A stretch of 64,000 nucleotides of DNA from Lingula anatina (Eukaryota > Animalia > Brachiopoda), in the NCBI GenBank assembly GCA_051362555.1, contig CM120646.1, positions 17,422,001 through 17,486,000 on the forward strand, written 5' to 3'. The notes under the pieces were generated by a model. The model was not told the origin of the DNA. It saw only the letters and a program-made list of their open reading frames with translations, and made no database searches. This document shows positions 25,701 through 39,154 of the stretch, in pieces; within the stretch, counting starts at the first letter, position 1; each line of letters starts with the position of its first letter. Made by a program: the position numbers and the translations under genes.

Positions 25701-27549
25701 GAATTCGCAGCATATCGAGACAGTCCATGATTGATTTTTTTGTCCGTGTATTTGTAGCTTTATTAGTGTCCTTGCATCTAAAACGGTACATGTGTAAATT
25801 ATTTATCCTATATTTTCCGACGATTTGGATTGACAGTGAGCTGAATGAGTTAGAAAAAAAACAGTGCATTTCTTGTGTACGTAACTGTAGAGTTATATTT
25901 CTCACTCCGATGAACATTTGGGTTGATGCTTAGGGCCTATAGTGTGGTATTATACTCACAAACACTGTTGCCGTCTTTTTGTGGCGTTTTATAAAAACCC
26001 GACTAAAATGTAACTACCATCTCATCTAATCTCTCTATCTCTCTCTCTATCGAGCTGTTTTTTTTTTTTTTTTTATTAGAGACTCAACTGTCATGTCTAC
26101 AATTTGTTTCCTTTTACCACAAAAAGATTTTACATTAACACTGATCTCAGAAGTGTCAAACGAAACTCAGCCTTACATATCACAAATAATATCAGGTATC
26201 ATCGGATTATTTGCTCGCCCTAGAATGTCCTTTACGGGATTTATTCACACTCAACTCACCATTTCCCCCCGAAGCGCTTCAACCCCATACGTCCGCCATC
26301 GCCCTCTCGTTTGCCGTTGGAGTCAGCCAGAATTTTGCGAGAATTGTATTGAATAGCAGGAACATATTGTTGCCAAGGCCTAGGATGTAGACTGGGACGG
26401 TAATATTATTCCTCTTAATAAGATCGTGCCATACTAACACACCGATTCAAGTCAAATAATGAAGTGTGAAATCAATGTTTAGTTAGGTTACCCATTCTGG
26501 TTTGTCGTTCTTTACTCCCACTGCTGAGAATGTTGCCCAGTTGAGTGTGCCAGAAACGTGAATATCTTTAACATTATTATATATGTTCATAAGCTGTGCT
26601 CTGTTGAATTTGTTAAGGCCCCCAACCAGTATTTTGATAATGTCACCAGGGAACGGTGATCCGTAAACTCGAAGTGAAAAGAAACATTGTGCGGACCCCT
26701 ATAAAAGGTTTTTGAAATTCATTGGCGCTGGTTGTTGTGGTTATGTTATCTTTGTATAGGGGGCACCACCTGTACGTAGTTGTTATTGTTTTCAACTGTG
26801 TTTTCGCATTTGGCTAACGTTATATTGTTAAGTAGAGACACGCAATTGTTAATTGGCTTTGTCCACATTCATTTTGGATAAATAAACAGTATGACATCAG
26901 AAGCATAAACAGATAAATAATTTTGAATGACGGGGTTAGCTTTGACATGATCCTTTTTTCATACATGTAAATCGATCATTGACAAAACACTCCATTTTCC
27001 ATTTGCATTATCATTACATTTTTTCTAACCTAATTGTAGTTAACAAAAATATTGTTAAGTCGTGTCTTAAGGATATGGAAGACAAAATGAAAAAAAAATC
27101 ACGTTTTCTCCCCTAGACAAGATAGCGACTTCATCTAAATTCATGAGTGATCTCTGAAAAAGAATGGATTTTAAAGTAAAACATTTATCGAGTGTCACGA
27201 TATGCAAATAACTGATGACAACATTCGGCAGAGACTAAGAGAATGATTTGAAACATATTGTAGCTCAAACATGAATCGTTTATAGGTTCAAAATGATAAT
27301 ACATGGTGCCTCTAGTAACACGCATTTTCCATAAGAATTTTACAACTTTCACGGATTCTAAGAACCAATTCTGACAATTAAAGTAAATATATACATTCGA
27401 CGGTAACAGGTAACCATTAAGAGGCGAGAATATTGTACAGGTGTATTCTGATATTTAACTACTGGGTTGGAAAGCAAAATAAAAAATTACCAAATGAAAA
27501 AAAAAATGACACACATATCCTGTTCAGAGACATCGAGTTAGAATAAATC

Positions 27550-27588
<39 letters not shown>

Positions 27589-27974
27589 ACATTGCAGAAC
27601 GATAAAGTAAAATCAAATTATTCACTGTACAGGTTAGTATCTTTGCTGAGTTTGCTGAGTTTTCGTAAATTAAAACCAGATATAAAATACCTACTGTAAA
27701 AGGGTTGCGACCTGCTGTGCACCCGTTTCATGAACAGCATTGCTGCGCCACACAAAACATAAATATTGACAGAACAAATGACGTCTATCTCTGAAACCAT
27801 AAACGAGTTCTCGGACATGCCAATTTATTAGTGAGTAAGCAGTGTGCTTATTACAATTAAGGGAAAACCAATATTTGCCAGACTGTTTGGAAAGGTGTCT
27901 GAGGACGACACATTTTAATATACGTGCAGTGTAAGCAAGAATCCATGCAGAAATCATTTAGTCTATGGGCTGGA

Positions 27975-28027
<53 letters not shown>

Positions 28028-28959
28028 CAAGCTGCTTTTTGAAATATTAGTCTGGTAACAGTTTTTAAAAGATTATCATTTACGCATATTGGCTAAGTCT
28101 GATTGACGTCACAGACTAATAATTCTAGGTCCTCGGCATCTCACATTCCGTCTATTTAATTTTCTGCGCACTGTTATTAAGGATATGCCAGAAAACATAA
28201 GAGTAAATGCACCTTCGTAGTCTATCGGGACTACATGTAGGTGTTAATATTTTTATATAAAATAACGACCTAATGCATATCTTCCTCCCCATAACAATAC
28301 GCTAAAGAGCTCTCTTGGTGGTCTATACTTATAGTAGAAATAGTGTACAGTCAACTTACATACATATATTATCGAGATAGTGCTAAGGGGCTTAATTATT
28401 ATTATTATTTGAATTAGTTTCAGTTTTTTCCCATACTTTTTATTATTTGGTTACCAATACGATGTAATTATGCCATGGAATAACAAGGGTTACATATGAC
28501 TTGGTAGAATAAAAAACTTCAAAAATAAAATAACAGTGATTTATTTTTATTTGAAAAAAATCTATGATTTGTACTACAAAATACAAATAAACTACTGTAA
28601 TATTTAAAAACAAAACGAAGTAAATTAATAACATACAGTGGCTGATTGCCACGTCAACTGACATTACTTAATGGATACTTAATGGATTTTTGTGTTGGTA
28701 GTTTTGGTAAAAACAATATCTACAGTATAACCCTGGAGTCCGTTTTGCACACAACATTTTGCAATAATGGATAAATCTGCCGAAAACAAAGTCATTTTAG
28801 CAAAAAAATTGTTTCATCTCTGGAGTACATGAGCTATCTTATAAAAAGGAAGAGTAAACATGCTAAATATTTAAAATCGTTTTAACTTTACCATCACATC
28901 AATGTTTTCAGCTGTAACACGTACAGTATAAAGAATTAGGTGGTGATAATGCTAACGAT

Positions 28960-29072
28960 AGTTAATTAGCCCCTCACAGCTCCAGTAGGTGTGCCAGACA
29001 TCAGAGCCGCTTAAGCTGAATGCAATTTTGCGAGAAGCCCCTCGGAGATGGGTCGAACCTGGTAGATCGATC
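28960..29072 (-). mobile_element. Degenerate fragment of the 14243-14458 MITE family
   Basis: AGTTAATTAGCCCCTCACAGCTCCAGTAGG...GGTAGATCGATCT resembles the reverse complement of ~14263-14365. Confidence 0.6.
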
Positions 29073-30107
29073 TTATCAATGCACGGAGACCAATCCCTTA
29101 GCGACCAGCATCAGTGGTGTCAAAGGCAGTAATGCGATAGTTGAGAAAAGTGAGGAATGTGTTGAGAAGGGTGTATGTTTTTAGAGCTTTGCCTTTCATC
29201 GAGTTCACAACTATCACCAAACCAACGTGAATTATTAACACTGCCTGAATGATTAAAATAAGCCACACGTAAACACATTCTTGGAGAATGGACATAATAT
29301 CTCTTTTGCAATTATCTTTCTGTTATATGAAACCAAAACGTGTGTCATAAGAATTCTTGTAATTTAAGATGCTAATTTTAAACACCGAATTTTGTTTTCC
29401 TTTAATGCTGTTTTCTTGCTTAAATCAATCCAGTCAGCAAATATCTCTGGTTTGGGAGAACTTATTGATTTGGATGATAGTGATTTGGATGAAAGTAATT
29501 ATTCCACGAAGCACGTGGGGGTATCAGTTTAGTGAGTATCATTTGGGTAAGAATCAGTCTAAGATGATTGCCTCTGAGAGTTTCGGTTTAGTTGGATTCA
29601 GGGAATAGAACTTCACTGGGGAACATTTTAGTAACAGAAAGCTTCATATTTTGTTGAATCTCGGTTCAAAAACCAATAATTTTGCTGTGTTTTTTTATGA
29701 TGACTGTGAGAATAACAGAAAATGTTTTTAACCGACCACGGCATTTTTCTTTATTTTGGCACTCTCGTTACTCTTGATAGAATGTGTAATTTTACGTTTT
29801 ATGTTGAAACATGATTAAAATTCCATTTTTTGTATACGAGGTACAGTAAGTAAAAGGGCAGTAGTTATGTATTGGGATACCTGGTACTTGTACTAATGCA
29901 ACAGTGATTAAGTATACTTCGTCTCAACTGTTCATACCTGTACATTGTTCTTTTAAAGTGGGTTTAGTTTTTTTATGTTAAAATATAAAGGACTTTGTAC
30001 AATGGCAGGAGGTATAACCTTTTTAAAGAAACCCAACTTACACTGAACACAGTTGGTTTCTCCTGCTTGTAGATTATCATAACGATCCGCTTTCCCAGGG
30101 TCTCATT

Positions 30108-30653
30108 GAGCGCATTCTCAACGAATTAAGCCAGGCTTTACAAAGCCGGTGACCTAAAAATGGCGGACGTACATGAAAGAAAAACCGCCTAATCTTTTAA
30201 TAGTCTCTCCGCCTCCCCACACGTCGTCCCTGCGGGGTACAGTAATTAAATCTCGGCTCCGTTCGCCATGCGGAAGCTACCTGAGAAATATTAAGTGCGC
30301 ATGCTCATCAGTTAAACTCGTGGTGAAGAAAGCATGGCGGCTGAAGGCGATCGAAGGAAAAAAGCTCTTCTCTTCTATTATCTTTGAAAACAGAGACGAA
30401 AAAGGAATAATTTGGCCCGTAGAGCAGCAATGAATCGACTATCTACGGAGATAATATCACCAGAGATATTCACGGAAATATTAATGTTCGGAGCCGAGAT
30501 TTAATTACTGTACCCCGCAGGGACGACGTGTGGGGAGGCGTGTGAGAGGCGGAGAGACTATTAAAAGATTAGGCGGTTTTTCTTTCATGTACGTCCGCCA
30601 TTTTTAGGTCACCGGCTTTGTAAAGCCTGGCTTAATTCGTTGAGAATGCGCTC
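30108..30653. mobile_element. 546-bp MITE with ~154-bp near-perfect TIRs and ATT TSD
   Basis: ATT|GAGCGCATTCTCAACGAATTAAGCC...GGCTTAATTCGTTGAGAATGCGCTC|ATT. Left arm 30108-30261, right arm 30489-30653 with an 11-bp insertion TGTGAGAGGCG. Confidence 0.95.
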
Positions 30654-30681
30654 ATTGTCTCCATGCAATAAGATGTCACCG

Positions 30682-30754
30682 CAGGCCCGTAGCCAGGGGG
30701 GGTTCGGGGGGTTCCAAAGAACCGCCCCTTTTGAAATTACTGGCTACGGGCCTG
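30682..30754 (+). mobile_element. 73-bp minimal derivative of the CAGGCCCGTAGCC MITE family
   Basis: CAGGCCCGTAGCCAG...CTGGCTACGGGCCTG; both ends match 39155-40062 and 60573-60738; no clean TSD. Confidence 0.8.
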
Positions 30755-32885
30755 ATGTGGGTGGGTGGGTTGGTGAGGTGGATGGGGGTGGTTCTTTCGA
30801 GCCCACGAGTGAGCCCACGGACTCGAGGTAGACGCTCCTCATATCTTCCGTAATCTTTTTACACGTCACACTCTCGCGGGGTTCCACCCATCGTCTCATC
30901 TTCAGGCCCCTGAATAAAGACAGCAAAGTCCCGTTTCATGTTAAAAACATGAGAATAACAAAAACTTTGACTCGGCAAGCACTGCGATGTGACTTATCCA
31001 GGGTTGTTAGAAACAAGGAGTTATAACTCCTTGATAGAAAGAACTACAGAGTTTAACAGAGATTTCCGAAATTGTCTCATTAAATATTCATTCACCTAGT
31101 GGCATTGTGGACTGTTGGTGGGAAAGTGAATAGGAATGTCACTGGTAAATGAATAGAAAGGCGTAGTGTTCGGTTGCTTGCCGGTTAAAAAGATAACATC
31201 AGCTCGTATACGTGACAATGGCTAGAGATATTTACAGGTGGTTGCTTCAGAATTCAAAGTGGTTACGCTGAGGACAATAAAACAATTTTCACCTTCAATC
31301 CTCGATTCATAATTGGGGGTGAAGTGAAGTCATTCTGATGACGCAGAGCACAATGTACCTACGGTATCAACGGCTTGGTAACCGACAATAGTAATTATAT
31401 TATTATGGTCATGCTGGTTGTCCTCAGTTAGCATCCTGAGGCTGTAAAATACAATACCGAATGAATGGAAAATTTAATCACTGTTTGAAGCGTAAATGTA
31501 TCAGGCACATGCAGCCATTTCTACGCTTTCGATGAGGGTCTGTGATTTAAAAGAGGATTAATTTATTTCCTGAAAAATCTTAGAAATGTTCAGTGCATGC
31601 GTGATACTCGTAACTACCGAACATCTCCGTCACTAAAGTGTTTCTTTCGTCGATATTCTAGACTCACTGGTAACTGCGGCGGTAAACAAGGTGTTTTTGC
31701 AACAACTGGTATACAATCTTTGAATTGTTGAGATAAGAGTTTATTTATTTAGCCAATTATAAAAATCGGAAATCATTTTCCTTTTGGAATAATATACAGA
31801 GTAAAATAATAGAATAATACAATATATAGATAAATTAAGAATTTGGTTTTGAGATCAAATTAAAATGCGTCACATTGGGGATCGTATTTAGCGTTACGGT
31901 CGTTAAAGCCTACCAGTAGATTGCACTGGCCACAGGAGCCATGCGAAGAGGTGTGCGGGTGCTTGAGGAAAAACCGGGTTCCGGTTGAACATCGGTTTTT
32001 CGGTTACCCTTTCAGTCTAAATGCAGTTGCCGCAGGCCTTCCGTGCGGCTTCCTTGCAGATCAATACGTTGTCGGTGCAACCCCCTACGATTTTTTCACC
32101 CATGCGGTGACATTAAGAAAAATCGCAATTTCAAATTTATGCAAATGAATTAACCCAATTTTTTAAACATTTTTATTATCGTTATGTCTCTTAAACCACC
32201 CAAAAAAGGAAGGGAAAGAGACCAATAACAAAGTTCATTCATTATCACGATCAACGCAACAATACCCGTAATGCCCCTATTCCACATCGACTACGAATTC
32301 CACAAACCGCCAGGAATTGACAAATTTTAGAAACCGTGGGGAATCGTGGAATTTTGCACATATCTGGTAGAAATCTTAACAATGTAGGATTCATTTACAA
32401 ATTTGTTAAGACAGACTTATGAATATTCGTGGAATTCGGCTTGAACAGCACGGATGTTGCCAAGAAACACTCACGATTTGCAAGAATGAGTTAGGAATAC
32501 TTCACGAATATTGTGGATTCAGTAAAAGCCTCCATCACAACACAGAGAGAGAAAGAGAGAGAGAGAATTTTAAACGGGAAACAGATTTTCGATGCGCTAG
32601 ATCGAACCAGCAAGGTTTCTTTAGTCCACGAGAGGAAATGAAAAATGCACTTGTAGTCGTGGTCCTATATTCATTTCTTACACCTGACAACAATATAACA
32701 AGAAATCACTGTCTTCCAAAGAAAGTAGAGTATAATAAGCTTTGTCACCCAAATAGAGCAACCCAGTGCAGTCCATTATTCGCACTAGATTGCAAACCGA
32801 ATCTTACCAATCTTTTCTATCAACTTGTCTTTCAATTTCCTTCTGCAAATAGCAAGCAACTCTCTCTCGAAATGGCAAGGCACGG

Positions 32886-33215
32886 TTTTCCTGGAAAGAA
32901 ATTCCACTTCAGGTTTATTTAAAGTAATCTTATAAAGAGGGACGTCATTTCGAATTTATTTCTCACTCCGTGTATAGACCTGAACTTGGTTTAAGAACTC
33001 TACTACTGTTTTATTTCCTGGAAAGAAATTTCCCTTCAGGTCCATTTAAAGTAATCTTATAAAGGGGAACGTATGGAATTTATTTCTCACGCTGTGCACA
33101 AACTTGACTTAAGAATTGTACAACTTGTTTGTTTCCTGGAAAGAAATTTCACCTCAGGTCTATCAGAAGTAATATTTTAAAGGGGGACATTATTTCTCAC
33201 TCTGTATATAAAATT
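32886..33215 (+). repeat. Tandem repeat, about 2.7 copies of a ~120-128 bp unit
   Basis: TTTCCTGGAAAGAAATTxCxCxTCAGGTxxATxxxAAGTAAT...AAAGxGGxAC...TTATTTCTCAC recurs near 32886, 33014 and 33132. Confidence 0.85.
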
Positions 33216-33641
33216 GGTTACAGGATTACACTACTGGTTTAATAAGGCCTTCTGGTGCTGCGCAATGGGAATCATCAGAGATACATGCAGCCCATTCTCG
33301 CGACTTTGCGTTAACCAATTGGAATTTCGAATGATTTGGAGGAGAATGGAATCAGAAATAATGGCAAAAATAAAAGTTGACAGGGTTTATTCACAGTTAT
33401 TACCCTGTTTGTGCGTTCGCGGTACTCACCATGTTTTCCTTCTTACTTTTGTATTGATTTCTAAGGCGACATCGCTCTGCACTTATTACTTAATTGTTAG
33501 CCCCATCTCAAGCGGATTCCCGCACGTTTTCTGGTCTCGAATTATATGTTGAGAAGTTCCGAGAAGCAGAATTGTACGATAAAACACCACTACATACAGT
33601 TGTGAAGTTTTACTGCAAACTAAGCTCCAACATACACATTA

Positions 33642-33701
33642 CCGTAACTCGAAAGCATCGCGCATTGCGACCGAGCGCAAGCGTCTCGATTCCATAACTC
33701 G
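33642..33701 (+). mobile_element. Fragment of the 50037-50185 MITE family
   Basis: CCGTAACTCGAAAGCATCGCGCATTGCGACCGAGCGCAAGCGTCTCGATTCCATAACTCG is nearly identical to 50041-50100. Confidence 0.8.
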
Positions 33702-33718
33702 CCCATACTCGCCCCATA

Positions 33719-34028
33719 TTTACCTCCGCCAAGGAGGTTATGTTTTTGGTTCCGTTAGTCTGTCTGTCTATCTGTCTGTCTGTCTGTTAGCAACATTACA
33801 GAAAAAGATATGGACCGATTTTGATGAAATTTTCAGGAACTGTCAGAAGTGGGCCAAGGAACAATTGATTAGTTTTCGGTGGTGATCTGGATCAATAATC
33901 AAACAATAATCAATAATCAAAAAACAAAAAAGTAAATCATTATAGAATGAAAATTTATGGGTGAAACGGCATTGGGTGGAGACTTTGCTGCCTTGGCGGA
34001 GGTCTGCGCTCTCGGAGTGCTTTTCTAG
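33719..34028 (+). mobile_element. Non-autonomous Helentron-type (HINE/DINE-1-like) element
   Basis: Subterminal inverted repeats ACCTCCGCCAAGG (33722-33734) and CCTTGGCGGAGGT (33991-34003), (GTCT)n tract near the 5' end, 3' hairpin GCGCTC-TCG-GAGTGC followed by TTTTCTAG. A decayed 3' end also occurs at ~62391-62428. Confidence 0.8.
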
Positions 34029-35856
34029 CATACACTGTAGCCTCTATGTAACAAACAAATCTACAAACAACAATCGAAAATAGATTAACAAATAAAATAA
34101 AATAAAATAATTAAATGAATGGTATATTTAACGAGTATGTGAGGACGTTATTTGAAAAGTGGGATGTTACTTGAAAACATGCAACGATTGAGTCATGGTG
34201 CGTTGAATGTGATAATATGATAATATGATAATATGGCCATAATAGCAGAGGATATTTGCACCTCATCATTTCGAAAAATCATTTCAAAAATACGTTGCAA
34301 GAAGAAAGAGCTCCTTCACAGGTGCAAGACAACATCACGGTTAATGTGTCAGGAATAAAAACCAAAGATCTGTATTGCTCGTAGTTTTATTATGTCTCAG
34401 AAATATATATAACTGTCAGTCTTTGATGTCGTCTCGCAGCATACGGAATTCAATAATACACAGCATTCAGAAGTCTCTATGTATCTTTGCATTTCAACTG
34501 AACTTATAACACAAAGGATTCAGTCCTTCTTTTTAATTGTGAGACACCTGATGAATTACTCCAAAGCACTGGCTCAAGACTCTCCAGAATAAACACTAGA
34601 AAAAGTCGCTCCTTGTAGATATCCATTACTTGACGTGAAATGCGTTAAGCAGATAGGACATGCAAGAACCGCGCATTTAACACCATGTCACGGATAATCA
34701 ATCCCTGTCCTACAAAACTATCATTTATCAGACAGTTTTCTTCGTGTGGTTGAATTGCAAGTGAATTCTTCCATCAATCTTACTTAGTTCCTGCTATTTT
34801 CACTCCGATTGGACTCCCGTTAGATTTAGTTGATCCCGCTGCATCGTTAAATTCATCAATTGGGAAACCCGAAGGCGCAAAGAATTCTGAACAGAGGGCA
34901 CAGTTATACGTTCTCTCCTCCATAAAAATAATGACAACACTAGTTAAATAAAACGAAATAATAAATGTAATAATGAGATAAAAAAAGACAGTAGAAGAGG
35001 AGGACACCCTAATGGAACATGTATGAGCAGGCGTGACATATTAAAATGAACAGACCTTGCATTTATTGTTGTCATAAATCCAGCTTCAGTGATTTCCTTA
35101 CAGCAGAAGACCTGCTCATGAATCTACAGCGGATAAAGAAAAGTTCTGACTTAATCATGACGCTACTCGCTGTGTTAATGTCACATTTTCCAAGACTGCA
35201 ATAAATGTGTCCACTGCCTACTGAAAAATCAATTAATGAAGCGTTTTTCACACGAACTCACAGGGAATGTGAAGGCCTATTAAAGTACATTAAAGTCCTC
35301 GTAGAGGATACGATATTGTATAGGGATAGTAAGAATGGATTGTTTTAGAAAAACGCGACGAAATTATGGATTCGTGGCAAAAGAGGATAGTAAAGGTACA
35401 AAGTGTCAGACAGACAGGCCGGCAGACAGACGAACAGAAAGACAGACAGACAAACGCATTTAACCGTTTTACCGCATTTTTGAAAACTCACCTGGCTCAC
35501 TACCAAGAAAATGGCGCTGGCACAATAAGTCTTGTGCTTAATTATTGCCTAACTACACGCGGGCAGAGGTATTGAAGATACATATTTATCCAGCCAATAC
35601 ATTGTACATTTCTAAGATAAAGGCCTACAGTGCTGGGAATCCATTAATATCTCGGCGCTGCTACATACATTTTACATAGGTGTAAGAAGTCAATACTGTA
35701 GATTTAAGACCTAAAGGGATAGATGCTGCTGCTGTAAAAAAGCTAAATTTAAATTGTTTTCAACCCTTAAAAACAAGCAAAGTCTTCTGTTGTTTGGCAA
35801 AATATGATAACATTACAAAATATGATAACGTTACGAGTTGGGCGGTGTCATGCATA

Positions 35857-36099
35857 GAGGAGACCGAGGCTAGTTGGACCCCGGGGTAAGTTGGACCCCC
35901 ATCAATATATGACAAAGTAACTATGGGGTAAAAGAATTGATCACATCATTTTGTAAAGTGGCCGTATCCAATAGTGCTAAGAAAGCGTCGGCAGTGAGTC
36001 CAAATGAAATAATTAAGCATCTTAAAGTAACTTTATTAAAGAGACTTGATGAGGGGCCAACTTACCCCGGGGTCCAACTACTGTAGCCCCGGTCTCCCC
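35857..36099. mobile_element. 243-bp MITE with TA TSD (Tc1/mariner-type target)
   Basis: TA|GAGGAGACCGAGGCTAGTTGGACCCCGGGGTAAGTTGG...CCAACTTACCCCGGGGTCCAACTACTGTAGCCCCGGTCTCCCC|TA. Confidence 0.88.
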
Positions 36100-37155
36100 T
36101 AGCAGGCATTGTTTTAATACTTTATTTATAATATAATTGTTTTTATAATTTATCATGAATGTTCATTCTATTTTATTGCATCGGGTTTGAAGGGAGCAAT
36201 TACAAGTGATTGGAAGTCTAAAAGAAATAATTAGCACTGTGAAATATTGAAATAGGGAGAAAGTGATATTGATACGGCTTCCTGGTGTTTGATTAATTAT
36301 CGACGGATTTTCATGTGCGGTTTCAGACCTGTGATAATAATTGTGGCAAATAAATATGTGTGACTAGAACGTCATTTCACCTTTTAGTTTATTGTTACTG
36401 AATCGATGAGACTTTAATTCTATTAGGATTCTATTCTACGAAACGCCCACGATATGTAGCCTTAAAAACAAAACCGAAAACAAAAACAAGCAAAAAAACT
36501 TATAGAAGAGAGGTTTACCAATCTCAGTTTTACTAAGCTATATGTTCACCCGACTTTGCTTTAAGTATCACCCATGCTACACTCACCCTTTTATTTATAT
36601 GAACATATCGGGAGTACACATTTCTACTTCATATCTGACTATGGTCTATTGTACTTGCCTTTGGTCCAGTTCGGGTCCATGTTCTGTACCCCCCTCCCCC
36701 GTGCGTGAGACCCTCCATGTAGCCTCCACATCTTGGGCCACTCATCTGTCATCTGTATGAAAATCGTTCCCAGGAGAAAAGGAAGCACAAATGTCATCGT
36801 TCATTAGGAGCTTCAGAACCTCGTTGGTAAGACTTCAGTTTGTATATGATTTTCCAGACACTCGGCACAGCAACTGAGGGTCATGACACCAATGCAACAC
36901 GTTAACCACGTTAAATTATTCATTATGTTTCCGACAGAACAATAAATTCCAAGAGAATGCTGTCATCTTCTAACGCACAAGTGCACCGATTGCCTTGGAC
37001 TTTAATTTTCCCATTGTTGCCAGAAAAGGTGAATCCAAGTTCATGTAAAATGCTTTACCCCAGTAATTGGTCGTTTTAGATGGAATATATTCAATCATTT
37101 ATGTCAATATTGTACAAACTAATAAGACGAATGTGAAACTCGCAAAATTAAATTC

Positions 37156-37198
<43 letters not shown>
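37156..37198 (+). repeat. (AAT)n microsatellite
   Basis: Direct reading. Confidence 0.95.
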
Positions 37199-37966
37199 TA
37201 TTATTATTATTAAACAAACATACAGAACTTCGTATGCAAACTAGGGCTATTATTCTTCCAGAAAATCAAGTTGAGACTGTACCGTCACCAACGTTTTTAA
37301 TTCCTGTCCCAGACAAAGTGATTTTTAGCTTTACCAAGTATTATTTTTTAATAAAAGAAACACGAACAAATAATTTGCTATTTGCTTCCCTCGTTTATAG
37401 AATATCAACACTGCTTTTCGCAACATCAGAAAATATCAAGGTGCTTGATGGCTTTACGGTTCTTGGAGTATACTGTTACCTTCAATTTTATTCTCAGTGT
37501 ACTGTTGCCTTCAATTATGGTTAAATTGTATGTAAATGCAATGCAATCAAGGCACAGTTTATCATGAATACAGCTACGTTTTGTTCTGCGTTTGAAACTG
37601 TTTGGACGTGTACAAGTACAAAGATATTATGGGGGTGAATGTGCTTTTTAGACTTACTATTGGGTTTACAGCGCACTGAAGACAAGGTAGGTACGAAAAC
37701 AAAAGTTTTAATGCACACCGTCATGTAACAGCAATGTAATTTGCAATTGCTTTCTTCGAACTGCTTTTATGATTATTATAACTACAAAATGTGAGAGCCT
37801 CATCAGTGTGATTCGATTCATTATACTAGTATATACGTTCATACATGTACGCAATGGGAGCACTAACAGTTTGGGTCTTACTCACTAATTGTGATATACA
37901 TGTACACTGTACTTGCTAAATTAGGACTGATGTCTTTGGATTCTCGGCAACCTGATATTGTGCCTG

Positions 37967-38000
<34 letters not shown>

Positions 38001-38835
38001 TCACTAATTTTTGACTAACGGCCTTTAGGCATTACTAGTTTTATTAGTTCACCTCAAAAGATATATACAAATGCAATTTGTGTTAACAAAAGTTCAAAAA
38101 AATTTCATGGAGCTTTAAAGTGTGTTTTACCCCCCCCCTTTTTTCGGAAAAGGTGTGTGTAGAATGAATCCACCACTTATTTATTTGGAAGAAGGGTGGA
38201 TTGACCATTTGTTCCTTCTTTAACATGAAAAGCACCTTTTTTTTATTTCATAATTCACCACATTTTATCGTGGTACTTGAATCCTATCGCCGGCATCTCT
38301 CTGGTTTCCCAATACAACCGCCGCTCTGGCCACATTAATTCCGTTCGTGATGACAGCAGAATTATCGAGAAACTCTCACTTTCATGTTTGTCGTTCATTG
38401 AATATTGTCAATAAACTATTGCTTTATGTGATTTATTTAATCAATCTAAGTCTGGATGGTCTCAAAATGAAGCGATATTCTATCGCATTGCAGAAGGGTC
38501 ATCTGGGTATACAGTTTTCAACAACATGATAACAGTACAACGTGCTCTTCGATTTTTTGTTGTTGTTGGTTGCTCATAAAAGCTCTAATTTTTACTATGG
38601 CTACAGTTTTAGTGTAGGTGTACATTCACACTTTTTACGCCGATCTTTCTTTATGTCTTTTTTTATGTCAATTAATCTTTTTTCTGCTTTCGGAACAGTT
38701 TTGTACAGGGTAGATGAGGACAGCATGTTTACAAGAAGTACAGGACGTACAGGTAAAGTGTTGTCATATCAACGGATAGAAGCTAACGGAAACAGATTCA
38801 TTATTCAAGTTATTTTTTGCAGACGATATATAGAC

Positions 38836-38838
<3 letters not shown>

Positions 38839-38918
<80 letters not shown>
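38839..38918 (+). repeat. (AT)n microsatellite, ~80 bp
   Basis: Direct reading. Confidence 0.97.
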
Positions 38919-38921
<3 letters not shown>

Positions 38922-39154
38922 GGCACCTTACCGTCTAGAGTGTTATGATTATACTTCTAATGCGATATATACTGTACGTAATTACACTGTATGAAAAAAA
39001 AGGATAAATTTACTTATCATGGATATTATATTCCATATGTACAACTGTAGTTATGTGTGACACTCTATATGAATAAACTAACCTCTTGAAAATAGAATAG
39101 AATGCACGCACTGTCATCAGCACGGTCAAGTCACCATTTTTATGTCTTACTTTT

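Noticed and set aside
31920-32520. GC-richer stretch that may be decayed transposon sequence (e.g. GCCCCTATTCCACA at ~32274)
   Set aside because: No matching second terminus, TSD or second copy found; cannot be supported.
32419-32922. 167-aa plus-strand ORF
   Set aside because: Crosses a GA microsatellite and enters a tandem repeat; no motif or splice support.
32886-33215. Repeats with intervening sequence, superficially CRISPR-like (also 10063-10355)
   Set aside because: Eukaryotic context, whole units are homologous with no unique spacers, and no cas genes.
34784-34886. GVKIAGTK resembles the profilin GxxxxGxKY motif
   Set aside because: No downstream exon supplying the following Tyr and beta strands was found, and it lies upstream of the profilin-like N-terminus at 21870, which is the wrong order.
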